64,000 bases of DNA from a bacterium (GCA_963669175.1 OY769902.1:3648001-3712000); one strand, 5' to 3'. Positions 19,705 to 29,970 are shown, counted from the stretch's first letter. The notes: generated by a model from the sequence alone, not told the origin. Numbers and translations are program-made.

Positions 19705-21492
19705 ATGAGGCATAAAACGCGACACCTGTACACGTTAGCACTTATTGCGCTGGTGGCAGTATTGGCGATGAGCGGCGCAGTAAATGCATTCTACCAGAGC
19801 CTGCTTCATGAGAATTTTGAGCAGGATCAGGGGCTTTGGCCCTGGGATACGGACAACATAGGTGACCAGGGGTGGATGATTTCCCCCGGCGCCAACACGC
19901 AGCATCCTTACTACACCTGGGCAGTCGAAGAAAGCACGATTTACCACTACATTGGCCCAGATTATTACCGGTCTATCTGGTGCTGTGGTCTTCCCAACAA
20001 CTACCTGCCCGGCCAGGATGATTATCCGCCGAACCAGCTTGCATGGGTAATCTGGGGTCCCTTTGACATCAACAGCCTCGATATGTTCCAGGTTGGTGGC
20101 GTCTTTTACCATTGGGCTGAAACTGAACCCTGGTACAGTGGCGCTGGCGATGCTTTCTGGATGGTCGCGAAGGATGACCCGAACCTGCAACAGCTTGACA
20201 TTACCGAATGGTATATCGGTTACGCGCATGAGACCGGTGTAACGCAACCGCCGCAACAATGGATCCCCATGTCGTTTGACTTCTTCGACCTGGTTACCTG
20301 GGAAGGTGATTCCGTTGCCCTTATGCCCGAAGATGGCGAAACACTGAACAACGTCTATTTCGGATTTGTGTTCTACTCCGATAGCGATGATCTGCGTGGA
20401 CGTGGTGTATTCCTCGACGATATTGATTTTGGTTACGACGATGGTCAGTTTGACTATCAGGTCATGACACCGATGTACTACAAGTATGCAGATTCAGTCC
20501 TTACACAGGCGTATACCATTCACCAGAATGATACGATTGCCATCAAGAACCGTTTTAACGCGCATGGAGCCACACCAGAGATTGCGGCAACACATGTTGT
20601 TTATATCAACAACGATGTCAGGAATCCGGAATCTGAATGGATCCCCCTGGATTCCATGACCGGTCAGTGGATCGCCCATCCCAATGGACGCATCAACAAC
20701 GTGTATTTCGAAGAATACTGGGTACCGGATGATACCGGCTATTGGGGCGTCAAGATCTCGCTTGATGTTGACGATGTTCAGATGGAATCGGATGAGACCA
20801 ATAACATCTTTGTCGATACGATCTACGTAGATGCACCGCAAACAGCGCCTTACATCATATGGCATGACCTGATCGGAACTTCGGAAAACGACACGCTTGT
20901 CGTGGTTGACGTTGGCGAAGTTGATGCTTTAACGATTGATTACACGGCAATTAACTCACCGCCATCCGAGGCGGCAGGGTTATCGTTCCTGTATTGTGAC
21001 AACGATACCAGCACACAAGATGTCATCATGGAATTGTTCGGTATCATCATTGATAACGAACGGCATCAGGTTGAGTGGCACTTGTCAGAGTTGGAAGATT
21101 CCGTGGTCTATCGTCTTTATGCCTTCATGGATGACGGCAGCTTCCTTCCGATTACGGATCAGGCTCCGCAGTACATCATGAAGGTCGAGACCGACGATGT
21201 TGATGATGTGCAGGCATCGACTTTACCGACAGAGTTTGCTATTGAATCCATATACCCGAACCCCTTCAACCCGACAGTTGAAGTAGAGTTTGCCATGCCC
21301 CAGGCTGGCGACATCAAGATTCAGTGGTATTCACTCGAAGGGCGTCTGGTTGATGTACAAACTATTGCAGGCGCGATGCCAGGCTTCCACAAGATTGCCT
21401 GGACACCGCAGAATCTCGCCAGCGGTATGTACCTGATGCGTGCCAGTAGCCCAGCCGGCGAATTGACGGGCAAGGTTCTTTACCTGAAATAA
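19705..21492 (+). CDS. Secreted acidic protein with a CARDB-like segment and a T9SS type A C-terminal sorting domain (paralog 1 of 3)
   Basis: Signal peptide, ESDETNN, IYPNPFNP...LASGMYL...KVLYLK; AAGGAG RBS before ATG 19705. Confidence 0.85.
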   Translation: MRHKTRHLYTLALIALVAVLAMSGAVNAFYQSLLHENFEQDQGLWPWDTDNIGDQGWMISPGANTQHPYYTWAVEESTIYHYIGPDYYRSIWCCGLPNNYLPGQDDYPPNQLAWVIWGPFDINSLDMFQVGGVFYHWAETEPWYSGAGDAFWMVAKDDPNLQQLDITEWYIGYAHETGVTQPPQQWIPMSFDFFDLVTWEGDSVALMPEDGETLNNVYFGFVFYSDSDDLRGRGVFLDDIDFGYDDGQFDYQVMTPMYYKYADSVLTQAYTIHQNDTIAIKNRFNAHGATPEIAATHVVYINNDVRNPESEWIPLDSMTGQWIAHPNGRINNVYFEEYWVPDDTGYWGVKISLDVDDVQMESDETNNIFVDTIYVDAPQTAPYIIWHDLIGTSENDTLVVVDVGEVDALTIDYTAINSPPSEAAGLSFLYCDNDTSTQDVIMELFGIIIDNERHQVEWHLSELEDSVVYRLYAFMDDGSFLPITDQAPQYIMKVETDDVDDVQASTLPTEFAIESIYPNPFNPTVEVEFAMPQAGDIKIQWYSLEGRLVDVQTIAGAMPGFHKIAWTPQNLASGMYLMRASSPAGELTGKVLYLK

Positions 21493-21514
21493 AATGATCC
21501 TGATTGCTTCCCCG

Positions 21515-21550
21515 GCCCCTTTCCGAATTTGGGAAGGGGCTTTTTTTTTT
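21515..21550 (+). terminator. Rho-independent terminator
   Basis: GCCCCTTTCC-GAATTT-GGGAAGGGGC followed by T10. Confidence 0.9.
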
Positions 21551-21657
21551 GTGCTGTGTCATGTTTATCACTCTCCCATTGTCTCTATTCCGGGTGACCT
21601 ATCTTATCGATGTGCTTATATTCCAAGTTCATCCGAACGAAAACAGGATTGACTCTC

Positions 21658-22683
21658 ATGCATGAAAAACTGGTTGAGCTGGATCAGCATCGAAGTGCTT
21701 TTCTAGACGAGCTTTCCGGCATCTCGGCATTAGATTCGCTTGAACAGCTCCGGGTTAAGTACATAGGTCGAAAAGGACTGATCGCCGGGCTCTTCAAGGA
21801 AGTCGGAAAACTTCCCAATGAGGTAAAAGGACCATTTGGGAAAGCGTTGAATGAGCTGAAAACACTTGCCACAGAACAGATCGAAGCAGCACAACAACGT
21901 CTGGAAGGTGAACAGATACGTACCGAAGTGGATTTGACACTTCCAGCCAGACTGCCTCGAACGGGTTCATATCATCCCCTGGCGCTGGTGGAGCGTGAAG
22001 TTCGCAAAATCTTTCAGCGTATGGGTTTTACGGTTGAACGTGGTCCGGAAATCGAAGATGCCTGGCACTTGTTTGACGCTTTAAATACACCGGAGTGGCA
22101 TCCTGCCCGTGAACCTACCGATACGTTTTATCTGGAAGAAGGCGGCATTCTGCGTACGGAAACCAGCCCGATCCAGATCCGTGTCATGGAACGGGACAAG
22201 CCACCGATCCGCATCATTGCGCCGGGAAAAACGTATAGAAACGACAAACCAGATGCCACCCATTCCCCCATGTTCAGCCAGGTTGAAGGGTTATACGTGG
22301 ACAAAGGTGTGACCATGGCGGACCTGAAAGGAACAGTACTGGCATTTTACCGTGCTTTCTTCGGATCGTCTGTGAAAACACGCTTCCGTCCGCATTTCTT
22401 CCCCTTTACCGAACCATCGGCAGAAGTAGACATCACCTGCGCTTTTTGCGGCGGGAATGGCTGCCGTGTTTGTAAAGGCTCAGGCTGGATTGAGATGGGC
22501 GGTTGCGGCATGGTGGATCCCAATGTGTTTGACGCTGTCGGGATTGATTCAGAGGTCTACACCGGCTGGGCCTTCGGGCTTGGCATCGAACGGCTTTCCA
22601 TGCTGGCATACGATATAAACGACATCAGGCTTTTCCACGAAAACGATTACAGGTTCCTGGGACAATTTGGAGGCAGGCGATGA
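21658..22683 (+). CDS. pheS: Phenylalanine--tRNA ligase alpha subunit
   Basis: HPAR..DTFY, LRTETSP, DATHSPMFSQVEG, FPFTEPS, GWAFGLGIERL. Confidence 0.97.
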   Translation: MHEKLVELDQHRSAFLDELSGISALDSLEQLRVKYIGRKGLIAGLFKEVGKLPNEVKGPFGKALNELKTLATEQIEAAQQRLEGEQIRTEVDLTLPARLPRTGSYHPLALVEREVRKIFQRMGFTVERGPEIEDAWHLFDALNTPEWHPAREPTDTFYLEEGGILRTETSPIQIRVMERDKPPIRIIAPGKTYRNDKPDATHSPMFSQVEGLYVDKGVTMADLKGTVLAFYRAFFGSSVKTRFRPHFFPFTEPSAEVDITCAFCGGNGCRVCKGSGWIEMGGCGMVDPNVFDAVGIDSEVYTGWAFGLGIERLSMLAYDINDIRLFHENDYRFLGQFGGRR

Positions 22684-25109
22684 AGGTATCATATAACTGG
22701 CTGAAGGAATTCGTCGATTTCGACGCAACTCCCGAGCAAATCGCCGAGATCCTCACTTTCCAGGCGTTTGAGCTGGAAAGCATGGAAAAAGTCACCCGCC
22801 ATGTGACAGGTGTCGTCGTTGGTAAAATCCTTGAAGTCACCCCACATCCGAACGCGGACAAGCTCAAACTGACCAAAGTCGATATTGGAACGGAAGTTCT
22901 TGATATCGTTTGTGGCGCTCCGAATTGCCGTGCCGGGATTAAAGCACCAGTGGCAAAGCCGGGAACACAACTGGGCGATATTACCGTAACGCCGCGAAAA
23001 CTGCGTGGCGAACCATCTAACGGTATCATCCTGTCAGAACGTGAGATGAACATCAGCGGCGATCATGGCGGTATCCTGATTCTGGATGATTCCCTCGAAA
23101 TCGGCACAGAGATGTCCACCCTGGTTCCACCGGAAGACACCATCCTCGACTTCGAGATCACGGTCAATCGTCCGGATGCGATGAGTCATCTTGGTATCGC
23201 GCGTGAACTGGCAGCGCATTTCAACCTGCCACTGACCATGCCGCCGACAGATGTCACAGAAATCGATCTGCCCGCTTCGGACTGGATTAAAGTGGATATC
23301 GAGGATCCGGAGTATGGTCCACGCTATGTGGCACGAGCGGCGCAGCATGTCAAAGTCGCTCCTTCCCCGCTCTGGATGAAAGCCCGCTTGTGGGGATTGG
23401 GACAGCGTCCGATCAATAACGTCGTTGATATAACCAACTATGTCCTGCTCGAGCTGGGACATCCGTTGCACGCCTTCAATTATCACCTGGTCAAGGATGG
23501 TCACATCATTGTCCGCCTTGCCAATGAAGGTGAGAAGTTCACCACGCTGGATGATCAGGAACGTACGATGAAGACCACGGACCTGATGATTGCCGACCCT
23601 GAGAAGGGTGTCGCTGTTGCCGGAGTCATGGGTGGCGCGAACAGCGAAGTGGATGAATCGACAAGTGACGTCCTGATCGAAGCAGCTTATTTCAATCCTG
23701 TCAGTGTCCGAAAGACTTCGAAACACCTGGGCCTGATTACGGAAGCCTCCAAGCGCTTCGAACGTGGCCAGGATCCGGCAATGGCGCCTGTTGCGGCACA
23801 ACGCTGCGCGCATATGCTGCAACAATTGACCGATGCCGAGATCCTGAGAGGCGCGGTTGATGCGTATCCGCAGGAAATTCTGCCATGGACGGTTACGCTT
23901 CGCCCCTCACGCGTCAATCATGTTCTTGGAGTCGATATCAAGCGTGAAGACGTGCTTGACAGTCTGCACAGATTGAACCTAGAGGTTGCTGAAGCGGGCG
24001 AAGACAGTCTGACCGTCACGATTCCAACTTTCCGCCCGGATCTGACTCGTGAGATTGACCTCGTTGAAGAAGTTGCCCGTATTGTGGGCTATTACAAGGT
24101 GCCGGATGCGATCCATTCCAGTATTGTTCTTGAGCGCAAGGATACCGGTGTTGAAAGCTTGCTGGAAGCGGCGTCTGATACGATGGTTGGCCTTGGATAC
24201 AACCAGGCTGTCACCATTGCCATGATCCAGGACAGCGATCAGACAGCATTCCAGCCATCACTCCATCCGTTCCATATTAATCATGCTCTTAGCAAGGAGA
24301 TGAACAGCTTCCGTGCATCTTTGATCCCTGCTTTGCTTCGAGTTGCGGAATACAACTTGAACCGTGGTGTCGAAGATATTCGTTTATTCGAAATTGGGCA
24401 GACCCAGGTAGCAGAAAAAGTGGCTGGTGGCTGGTTCAGTGAATATAGTGACGCCCGTGAACATCTGGCATTTATTTCAATTGGATCCTCTCGTTCGGCT
24501 TCCTTTGACGAGAAATCACCAAGAGAATATGATATTTTTGATCTTAAAGGGGACGTAACTGGACTTTTGTCAGGTATTTGTCTTGACAATTTCCCGGTTC
24601 TTTCTTATGATACGGTTGAGCATCTTGACCTTGCTTTATCCATGTTTGATGCGCAGGGGAATTTGCTTTTGAGGGCTGGTCGGTTAGCGCGAGAAACTGC
24701 AGAAGCATTCGGAATAGATAAACCGGTATTTGTGTGCGAAGTAGATTTGTTTGCACTGGTACCACTCGAGGGTCACGAGGGGATTCTCAGACCGGGTGCC
24801 GCGAGTCGTTTTCATTCCTTCTCTCGCTTTCCGACAAATGAGCGCGATTTAGCCTTTATTGCCCCCAAAACAGTTGCAGCCGGTACTATTGAGCAGATCA
24901 TTCGGGAAAAAGCCGGAGCATTGCTGGAAAGTGTCAGACTGTTTGATTTGTACGAAGGAAAACCGTTGGCTGATGATACACGGAGCCTGGCATTCAGGCT
25001 GGTATTCAGGGCTGACGATAGAACATTGACAGATGATGATGTCAATCCACTGGTAGCAAAAGTTATTTCTGCCGTGGAAAGTTTGCCGCAAGTAACATTG
25101 CGGTCATAA
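22680..25109 (+). CDS. pheT: Phenylalanine--tRNA ligase beta subunit
   Basis: HPNADKL, IVCGAPN, NRPD, INNVVDITNY, RPDLTREIDLVEEVARI, C-terminal FDX-ACB domain. Confidence 0.97.
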   Translation: MKVSYNWLKEFVDFDATPEQIAEILTFQAFELESMEKVTRHVTGVVVGKILEVTPHPNADKLKLTKVDIGTEVLDIVCGAPNCRAGIKAPVAKPGTQLGDITVTPRKLRGEPSNGIILSEREMNISGDHGGILILDDSLEIGTEMSTLVPPEDTILDFEITVNRPDAMSHLGIARELAAHFNLPLTMPPTDVTEIDLPASDWIKVDIEDPEYGPRYVARAAQHVKVAPSPLWMKARLWGLGQRPINNVVDITNYVLLELGHPLHAFNYHLVKDGHIIVRLANEGEKFTTLDDQERTMKTTDLMIADPEKGVAVAGVMGGANSEVDESTSDVLIEAAYFNPVSVRKTSKHLGLITEASKRFERGQDPAMAPVAAQRCAHMLQQLTDAEILRGAVDAYPQEILPWTVTLRPSRVNHVLGVDIKREDVLDSLHRLNLEVAEAGEDSLTVTIPTFRPDLTREIDLVEEVARIVGYYKVPDAIHSSIVLERKDTGVESLLEAASDTMVGLGYNQAVTIAMIQDSDQTAFQPSLHPFHINHALSKEMNSFRASLIPALLRVAEYNLNRGVEDIRLFEIGQTQVAEKVAGGWFSEYSDAREHLAFISIGSSRSASFDEKSPREYDIFDLKGDVTGLLSGICLDNFPVLSYDTVEHLDLALSMFDAQGNLLLRAGRLARETAEAFGIDKPVFVCEVDLFALVPLEGHEGILRPGAASRFHSFSRFPTNERDLAFIAPKTVAAGTIEQIIREKAGALLESVRLFDLYEGKPLADDTRSLAFRLVFRADDRTLTDDDVNPLVAKVISAVESLPQVTLRS
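24583..24611 (+). promoter_or_regulatory. Internal sigma-70 promoter within pheT
   Basis: TTGACA-N17-TATGAT. Confidence 0.6.
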
Positions 25110-25153
25110 TTGTTATTAGTATTTGATTCCGATTCCAACGAGTGAGACTAGTG

Positions 25154-25411
25154 ATGCAGATCGAAGATTTACAACAACTAGAAGCAAAAATCGCTGGCGT
25201 GCTTGAGAAAATGGAAACACTCAAGCAGGAAAACGGCGATTTGCAAAGACGGCTGGACGACCTCCAGTCGCGATACGATGACAAAGCAGCCAGGCTTGAA
25301 GAAGTATCCCTAGAGCTTGAAAAAGCCCGATCCAATGCAAGGGACTTCGAAAAGGAGGAGAAGATCCGCACGAAGGTGTCGAGTCTTCTGGAGAAGCTCG
25401 ATAGCTTCTAA
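25154..25411 (+). CDS. Short coiled-coil protein, ZapB-like
   Basis: Heptad-rich, about 85 aa, directly upstream of zapA. Confidence 0.75.
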   Translation: MQIEDLQQLEAKIAGVLEKMETLKQENGDLQRRLDDLQSRYDDKAARLEEVSLELEKARSNARDFEKEEKIRTKVSSLLEKLDSF

Positions 25412-25490
25412 GCTACGTTGCAGTGTTGGTTCTTAAGGAGCGATTTTGATAAAGTAACGGCTACATTACACTTCAGGATACGGACGGTCC

Positions 25491-25799
25491 ATGAACGAGA
25501 AAAACCGGGTGGTACAGGTCGACATATTTGGGCAAGTTTATTCCATCCGGGCCAGCGTGCGTGACGAGGAGTATATCCAGTCCATAGCCCGGTATATCGA
25601 CGGCAAGATGCGGAAAATTGACAAGACGATGAAACCGAATTCCGCACAGAAAGTAGCCATTTTAGCTGCTTTGAATGTTGCTGACGAACTACATACGCTC
25701 AAGCGGAAATACCAGGAACAATCGGACCGGCTGGCGAAGTATAAGGAGAAAATCCAGACATTTTCTGACGTTCTGGACAAGAATCTGATCCAGAAATAG
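25491..25799 (+). CDS. zapA: Cell division protein ZapA
   Basis: VDIFGQVYSI, IARYIDGKM, AILAALNVADEL. Confidence 0.92.
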   Translation: MNEKNRVVQVDIFGQVYSIRASVRDEEYIQSIARYIDGKMRKIDKTMKPNSAQKVAILAALNVADELHTLKRKYQEQSDRLAKYKEKIQTFSDVLDKNLIQK

Positions 25800-25817
25800 C
25801 CGTAAAAAAGTTGCTAG

Positions 25818-26001
25818 AAAGCCCTGCACCTCACGCAGGTTACAAAAGAAGAACCAACACTTTAGAAAAGGGAGTTCGACTTCGGTGGTGGCTGGCATGC
25901 CTCCCTGCCTCGCAGGCTAGAGGAAGTCAAATACTACTGGGCGGACACCCACCGTGTTGTACACGGTTCTCTCTTCTTTGCCTGTGGGGGTGTTGGGTTT
26001 T
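25818..26001 (+). ncRNA. ssrS: 6S RNA
   Basis: Lies between zapA and rny (well-known synteny), about 184 nt; 5' AAAGCCCTGCACCTCACGCAGG pairs with 3' CCTGTGGGGGTGTTGGGTTTT. Confidence 0.8.
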
Positions 26002-26032
26002 TTATATACATAAAGGATAGGAGCTTAACTCC

Positions 26033-27601
26033 ATGTTAGGATACATCATCGCCGGGATCGTCGGCCTGCTGCTGGGCGTCGCGGTGGGAGCTGTTGTCGG
26101 CATTAAGCTGAAAACAGCCGAAGACAAGAAGAAGAAACTGACCGCTCAGCAGGAAGCGGATCAGATCCTGGAGATCGCCAAAAAAGAGGCTGATTCGCTG
26201 AAACGCGAAAAACTCCTGGAAGCCAGGGACGAAGCTATCGCCCTGAAACGTGAACAAGACAAGCAATACGATAAAAAACTTGATGAACTGCGATCAGAGC
26301 AGAAAAAATTGCACGATCGTGAAGTGGCGCTCGATCGTCGTTTTGAGAAAAACCGGCAGTTGGAAAAAGAACTGAAAGATAAAGATCGTGAAATAAAAAG
26401 GTTAATGCAGTCCAACCAGGACAAACAGGCGTTTCTCGATGATGCCGTAACCAAGCAGAAAGAGCTGTTGGAACGTACCGCCCAGATGACTCGCGAAGAG
26501 GCACTGGAGCAACTCAAGGGCACCCTGATCGACAAGGCGCGTCGCCAGACCGCGGAAACGATCAAGGAAATGCGCGATAAGGCTCGCCTGGAAGCCAACC
26601 GTGAAGCTCGTGAGATCATCATTCAGGCAATTCAACGTAGCGCAGCGGATCATGCGGCAGAGAACACCGTCACCGTCATCAACCTGCCGAACGATGATGT
26701 CAAGGGACGGATAATCGGACGTGAAGGCCGCAACATTCGCGCGTTGGAAGCGGCTACCGGCGTTGATATCATCGTTGACGACACACCGGAAGCAGTTATT
26801 CTTTCAAGTTTTGACCCGTACCGCCGTGAAATCAGCCGTATCGCACTGGAGAAGCTGATTACGGACGGTCGCATCCATCCTGCACGTATCGAGGAAGTGG
26901 TTGCCAAGGCTCAGAAAGAACTGGATGAACGTGTGCTCGAACTGGGTAAAAACGCCCTGATCGAAGCCAAGGTACACGGCCTCCATCCTGAATTGATAAA
27001 GTTGCTGGGACGTTTGAACTACCGTACCAGCTACGGCCAGAATGTCCTGAAGCATGTTACTGAAGTAGCGCACCTGTCCGGTCTGATGGCCATTGAGCTT
27101 GGTCTTGACGCCAAGATCGCACGCCGCGCCGGTCTGTTGCATGACATCGGCAAGGCGGTTGACCGGGAAAGCGAAGGCACCCACGTCAAGCTCGGCCTTG
27201 AACTGGCAAAGAAATACGGCGAAGGTGGCGTGGTTCAGAACGCGATCATATCGCACCATGAAGACGCACCACCGGATAACCCGATTTCCGTGCTGGTGCA
27301 AGCCGCAGACGCGATCAGCAGTTCACGTCCGGGCGCACGCCGTGAATCCTTGGAAGGCTATATCCAGCGTATGCACGGGTTGGAAGAAATCGCGTCCAAC
27401 TTCGAGGGCATCAACAAGGTTTTCGCGATCCAGGCAGGACGCGAGATCCGCTGCATCGTAGAGCATGAGAAAATCACCGATGCCCTGGCCGATGCGCTGT
27501 CCCACGACATCGCGGAAAGGATCGAGCATGAACTTGAATACCCGGGCCAGATCAAGGTTACGGTGATCCGTGAGTATCGTGCCGTGGATTATGCAAAGTA
27601 G
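26033..27601 (+). CDS. rny: Ribonuclease Y
   Basis: N-terminal TM helix, coiled coil, KH domain ([12 protein letters not shown]), HD domain (LLHDIGK), QAGREIR. Confidence 0.97.
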   Translation: MLGYIIAGIVGLLLGVAVGAVVGIKLKTAEDKKKKLTAQQEADQILEIAKKEADSLKREKLLEARDEAIALKREQDKQYDKKLDELRSEQKKLHDREVALDRRFEKNRQLEKELKDKDREIKRLMQSNQDKQAFLDDAVTKQKELLERTAQMTREEALEQLKGTLIDKARRQTAETIKEMRDKARLEANREAREIIIQAIQRSAADHAAENTVTVINLPNDDVKGRIIGREGRNIRALEAATGVDIIVDDTPEAVILSSFDPYRREISRIALEKLITDGRIHPARIEEVVAKAQKELDERVLELGKNALIEAKVHGLHPELIKLLGRLNYRTSYGQNVLKHVTEVAHLSGLMAIELGLDAKIARRAGLLHDIGKAVDRESEGTHVKLGLELAKKYGEGGVVQNAIISHHEDAPPDNPISVLVQAADAISSSRPGARRESLEGYIQRMHGLEEIASNFEGINKVFAIQAGREIRCIVEHEKITDALADALSHDIAERIEHELEYPGQIKVTVIREYRAVDYAK

Positions 27602-27634
27602 GCTTTACCTCTAGAGATTGAACATTCCCCCCCC

Positions 27635-27656
27635 CCCGCTTCGGCGGGTTTTTTTT
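27635..27656 (+). terminator. Rho-independent terminator after rny
   Basis: CCCGC-TTCG-GCGGG followed by T8. Confidence 0.85.
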
Positions 27657-27810
27657 ATACTATCCCATTGATAAATATTTTACTTAAAGAATCAAATTAC
27701 TCGAAACTCATATACTCAAACATTTTTGAGTTGAGTATAATTTCTATATTACTAAAGCTTGAGAATATTGCCAGTGACTCTAGAGTTGAAGATAATTAGC
27801 TGTCTCTATA

Positions 27811-27839
27811 TTGACATTTGAAACTACATTTAGTATCAT
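27811..27839 (+). promoter_or_regulatory. Sigma-70 promoter of the HicA-HicB-SecB-like operon
   Basis: TTGACA-N17-TATCAT; inverted repeat TATACTCAA/TTGAGTATA upstream at 27711-27739. Confidence 0.65.
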
Positions 27840-27867
27840 TTTTGTCAGTAAGAAAAAAGCGGAGACT

Positions 27868-28200
27868 ATGAGCAAAATCCAGAAGACTTTTGAACAGCTT
27901 ACGGGAAAAGGTAGAAAACTACCTAACGAAATCGAGTTTAAAGTTCTTAAAGATGTGCTCGAGGAAGCCGGATGTACAGTAACACACTTTCCAACTGGTT
28001 CACACTGGCGTGTAACCCATCCAGATTTATTTAAACACCCAGATTTTAGTAGATCAGGCCATTTTGAGATTCCAGTTCACGGTGGAAGACAGGGTGGTCA
28101 ACATGTCAGAAGAGCAAGGATCTACATACAGAAAGTTGCGAAAGTCGTGGAGTTCTTAAGGGAATACGAGGAGATAAAACGTGGAAAAGCAAGATCTTAA
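27868..28200 (+). CDS. HicA-like toxin (dsRBD-fold mRNA interferase)
   Basis: LKDVLEEAGC...TGSH...HP...IPVHG pattern; GGAG RBS before ATG 27868. Confidence 0.7.
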   Translation: MSKIQKTFEQLTGKGRKLPNEIEFKVLKDVLEEAGCTVTHFPTGSHWRVTHPDLFKHPDFSRSGHFEIPVHGGRQGGQHVRRARIYIQKVAKVVEFLREYEEIKRGKARS

Positions 28201-28765
28201 GGCACTTATCGATAGTCACTATCCTATTACACTTATCAAAACAGAAGATGGTATTGAAGGATGGTATGAGGATTTTGGACGTGGTACAACTGGTACCATT
28301 GCTGATACATTGGAAGAGGTTGTATTCGATCTAGAGAGTATTTTGATGAGTACTCTTGAGTATATGGTTGAACAAAGTCTCGAAATTCCTCAACCACATA
28401 GCGAAATAATTGATAACTTCAGTGGCCAGTTTATTGTCAGAGTCCCAAGAAGTTTGCATGCTGACCTTTCTAAAAACGCTAAAAGAGAAGGAGTTAGTTT
28501 GAATCTCTATGTAAATAATATTTTATCTGAACGCAATATGCTCAGTCAAGTCAATAATAAAATTAACAATTTACAATTAGGACACGATAAAATATTTGAT
28601 AAATTTCAATCCATTATACCTGAGCCAAAGAAAGACACCTATACATTTGATTATAATCCTACCCCTAGTCAATCAACAGCTTTGATATTGGAAATGAATA
28701 CACCATCGGTAAAAGGAGAAACCCAACCATGGTCAAGTAATAATTCAACCGCAAATTCGAATTAG
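28181..28765 (+). CDS. HicB-family antitoxin with a C-terminal extension
   Basis: YPITL...ADTLEEV...EIPQP then FSGQFIVRVPRSLHADL...AKREGVSLNLYV (RHH), followed by about 75 extra residues. Confidence 0.8.
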   Translation: MEKQDLKALIDSHYPITLIKTEDGIEGWYEDFGRGTTGTIADTLEEVVFDLESILMSTLEYMVEQSLEIPQPHSEIIDNFSGQFIVRVPRSLHADLSKNAKREGVSLNLYVNNILSERNMLSQVNNKINNLQLGHDKIFDKFQSIIPEPKKDTYTFDYNPTPSQSTALILEMNTPSVKGETQPWSSNNSTANSN

Positions 28766-28779
28766 AGTAAAGAAACTAC

Positions 28780-29274
28780 TTGGAGGTAGCAGTGAGGTCA
28801 AAGGAAAATACGATTAGCTTTGAAGAAGCGAAAAACTGCCTCTCATACGAAGAATACAACCGTTTACTTTCGGAGTGTGAACTGCAGCAGATAGAACTGG
28901 TCAGTCTTTCTTCAAAGAAATTTGGATCATATGAAAATAAGTCCTTTAAATTGGAACCGAACTTAACACATAAATACTTTAAGACAAAGAAAAATCAATC
29001 CTATAAATTTGAGACTAATTTTTCTTTACATTCTTATGAGGCGAGAGATAATTCTAAGGGAAGTGATTCTAAGCGTGATAAACTAGTAGAGATACAGTGT
29101 AAGTATAATATCTATCTTACTACAGATAATGATTTACCTGAGGAATTTTTAGTAATTTACATTAACCTAACTTTAGGTTTAGTAATATGGCCTTTTATCA
29201 GAGAAATGGTTGTCGATATATCGCAAAAAATGATGCTACCACCTATCATTCTTCCTATGATAAGAGTAGGATAA
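28780..29274 (+). CDS. SecB-like chaperone (putative TAC chaperone)
   Basis: C-terminal IWPFIREMVVDISQKMMLPPIILP matches the SecB-like signature; follows a TA pair. Confidence 0.7.
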   Translation: MEVAVRSKENTISFEEAKNCLSYEEYNRLLSECELQQIELVSLSSKKFGSYENKSFKLEPNLTHKYFKTKKNQSYKFETNFSLHSYEARDNSKGSDSKRDKLVEIQCKYNIYLTTDNDLPEEFLVIYINLTLGLVIWPFIREMVVDISQKMMLPPIILPMIRVG

Positions 29275-29356
29275 CACAAAATCCCTTAAGATATTGATGT
29301 ATTGGTATTTCTCAAGACACCTAGAAATGGGTGTCTTTTCTCTTGCCATGAAGGAT

Positions 29357-29388
29357 AAAAAAAATCGGACGACCGAAGAGCCGTCCGA
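29357..29388 (-). terminator. Rho-independent terminator on the minus strand
   Basis: Minus strand reads TCGGACGGC-TCTTCG-GTCGTCCGA followed by T8. Confidence 0.8.
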
Positions 29389-29576
29389 ACAAGAGTATTT
29401 TCGAAAGTCAGTGGGAAGAGGCCACCTATCAACCACTGTCTTTCACGAAACCAGGGGAGGGCCTGGCTTCGCCATCCGGTTTCACCCGCTCGGGTGGCGA
29501 AACGTGGTGCGCCCTAGGACGCCGCATCCCCGCACCTAAACGTCTGTCGAAGCGCTCACACGTTTCGTCGCCCTTG
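29357..29576 (-). ncRNA. Candidate sigma-54-dependent structured small RNA (family not recognised)
   Basis: Lies between the promoter at 29588-29603 and the terminator; stems 29559-73/29492-506, 29446-55/29462-71 (CCCUCC loop) and 29403-14/29433-44. Confidence 0.55.
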
Positions 29577-29587
29577 CTACACCTTTT

Positions 29588-29603
29588 TGCAAGCGACAGA
29601 CCA
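29588..29603 (-). promoter_or_regulatory. Putative sigma-54 (-24/-12) promoter
   Basis: Minus strand TGGTCTGTCGCTTGCA, with exact GG-N10-GC spacing and TTGCA at -12. Confidence 0.55.
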
Positions 29604-29970
29604 GTTTGGTATTATCGGGCTTCTGGAGACCTCCCCTGAATATTTCACGAGATAGAACCTCTACTAGCAAACACATACATCATCACTAATCCGGGGCTGG
29701 GTATCCTGTGCACACAGGTGGGAACGACGTGCGCAGTTTTGTATTATTATCCGTCCCATAGAGTTGATTCACTGTATCAGCCCACCTTCCAGCGCAGTTG
29801 TCTTCATCCTGCAATGCCTGCTACAGTGAGAAGCAGACGAATTCTCCACGGGACTTTTTACCTTGGTTAGCGTAGTCCCCCTTGGTATATTAAAGGTTTA
29901 GAAAATTTGGGAGTTCATGGGAACTCCCGCATGGTTGTAACGTACCAAACGCAACACATATGGGGTCGCT

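Noticed and set aside
21550-21657. T-box or attenuator upstream of pheS
   Set aside because: The leader is too short, and shows no T-box motif or Phe-rich leader peptide.
27627-27637. C11 homopolymer as a phase-variation switch
   Set aside because: It is non-coding, abuts the rny terminator stem, is not within a promoter spacer, and its length may be a sequencing artefact.
29294-29539. 81 aa + strand ORF as a fourth TAC gene
   Set aside because: It crosses a terminator hairpin and a composition boundary and does not look like a protein.
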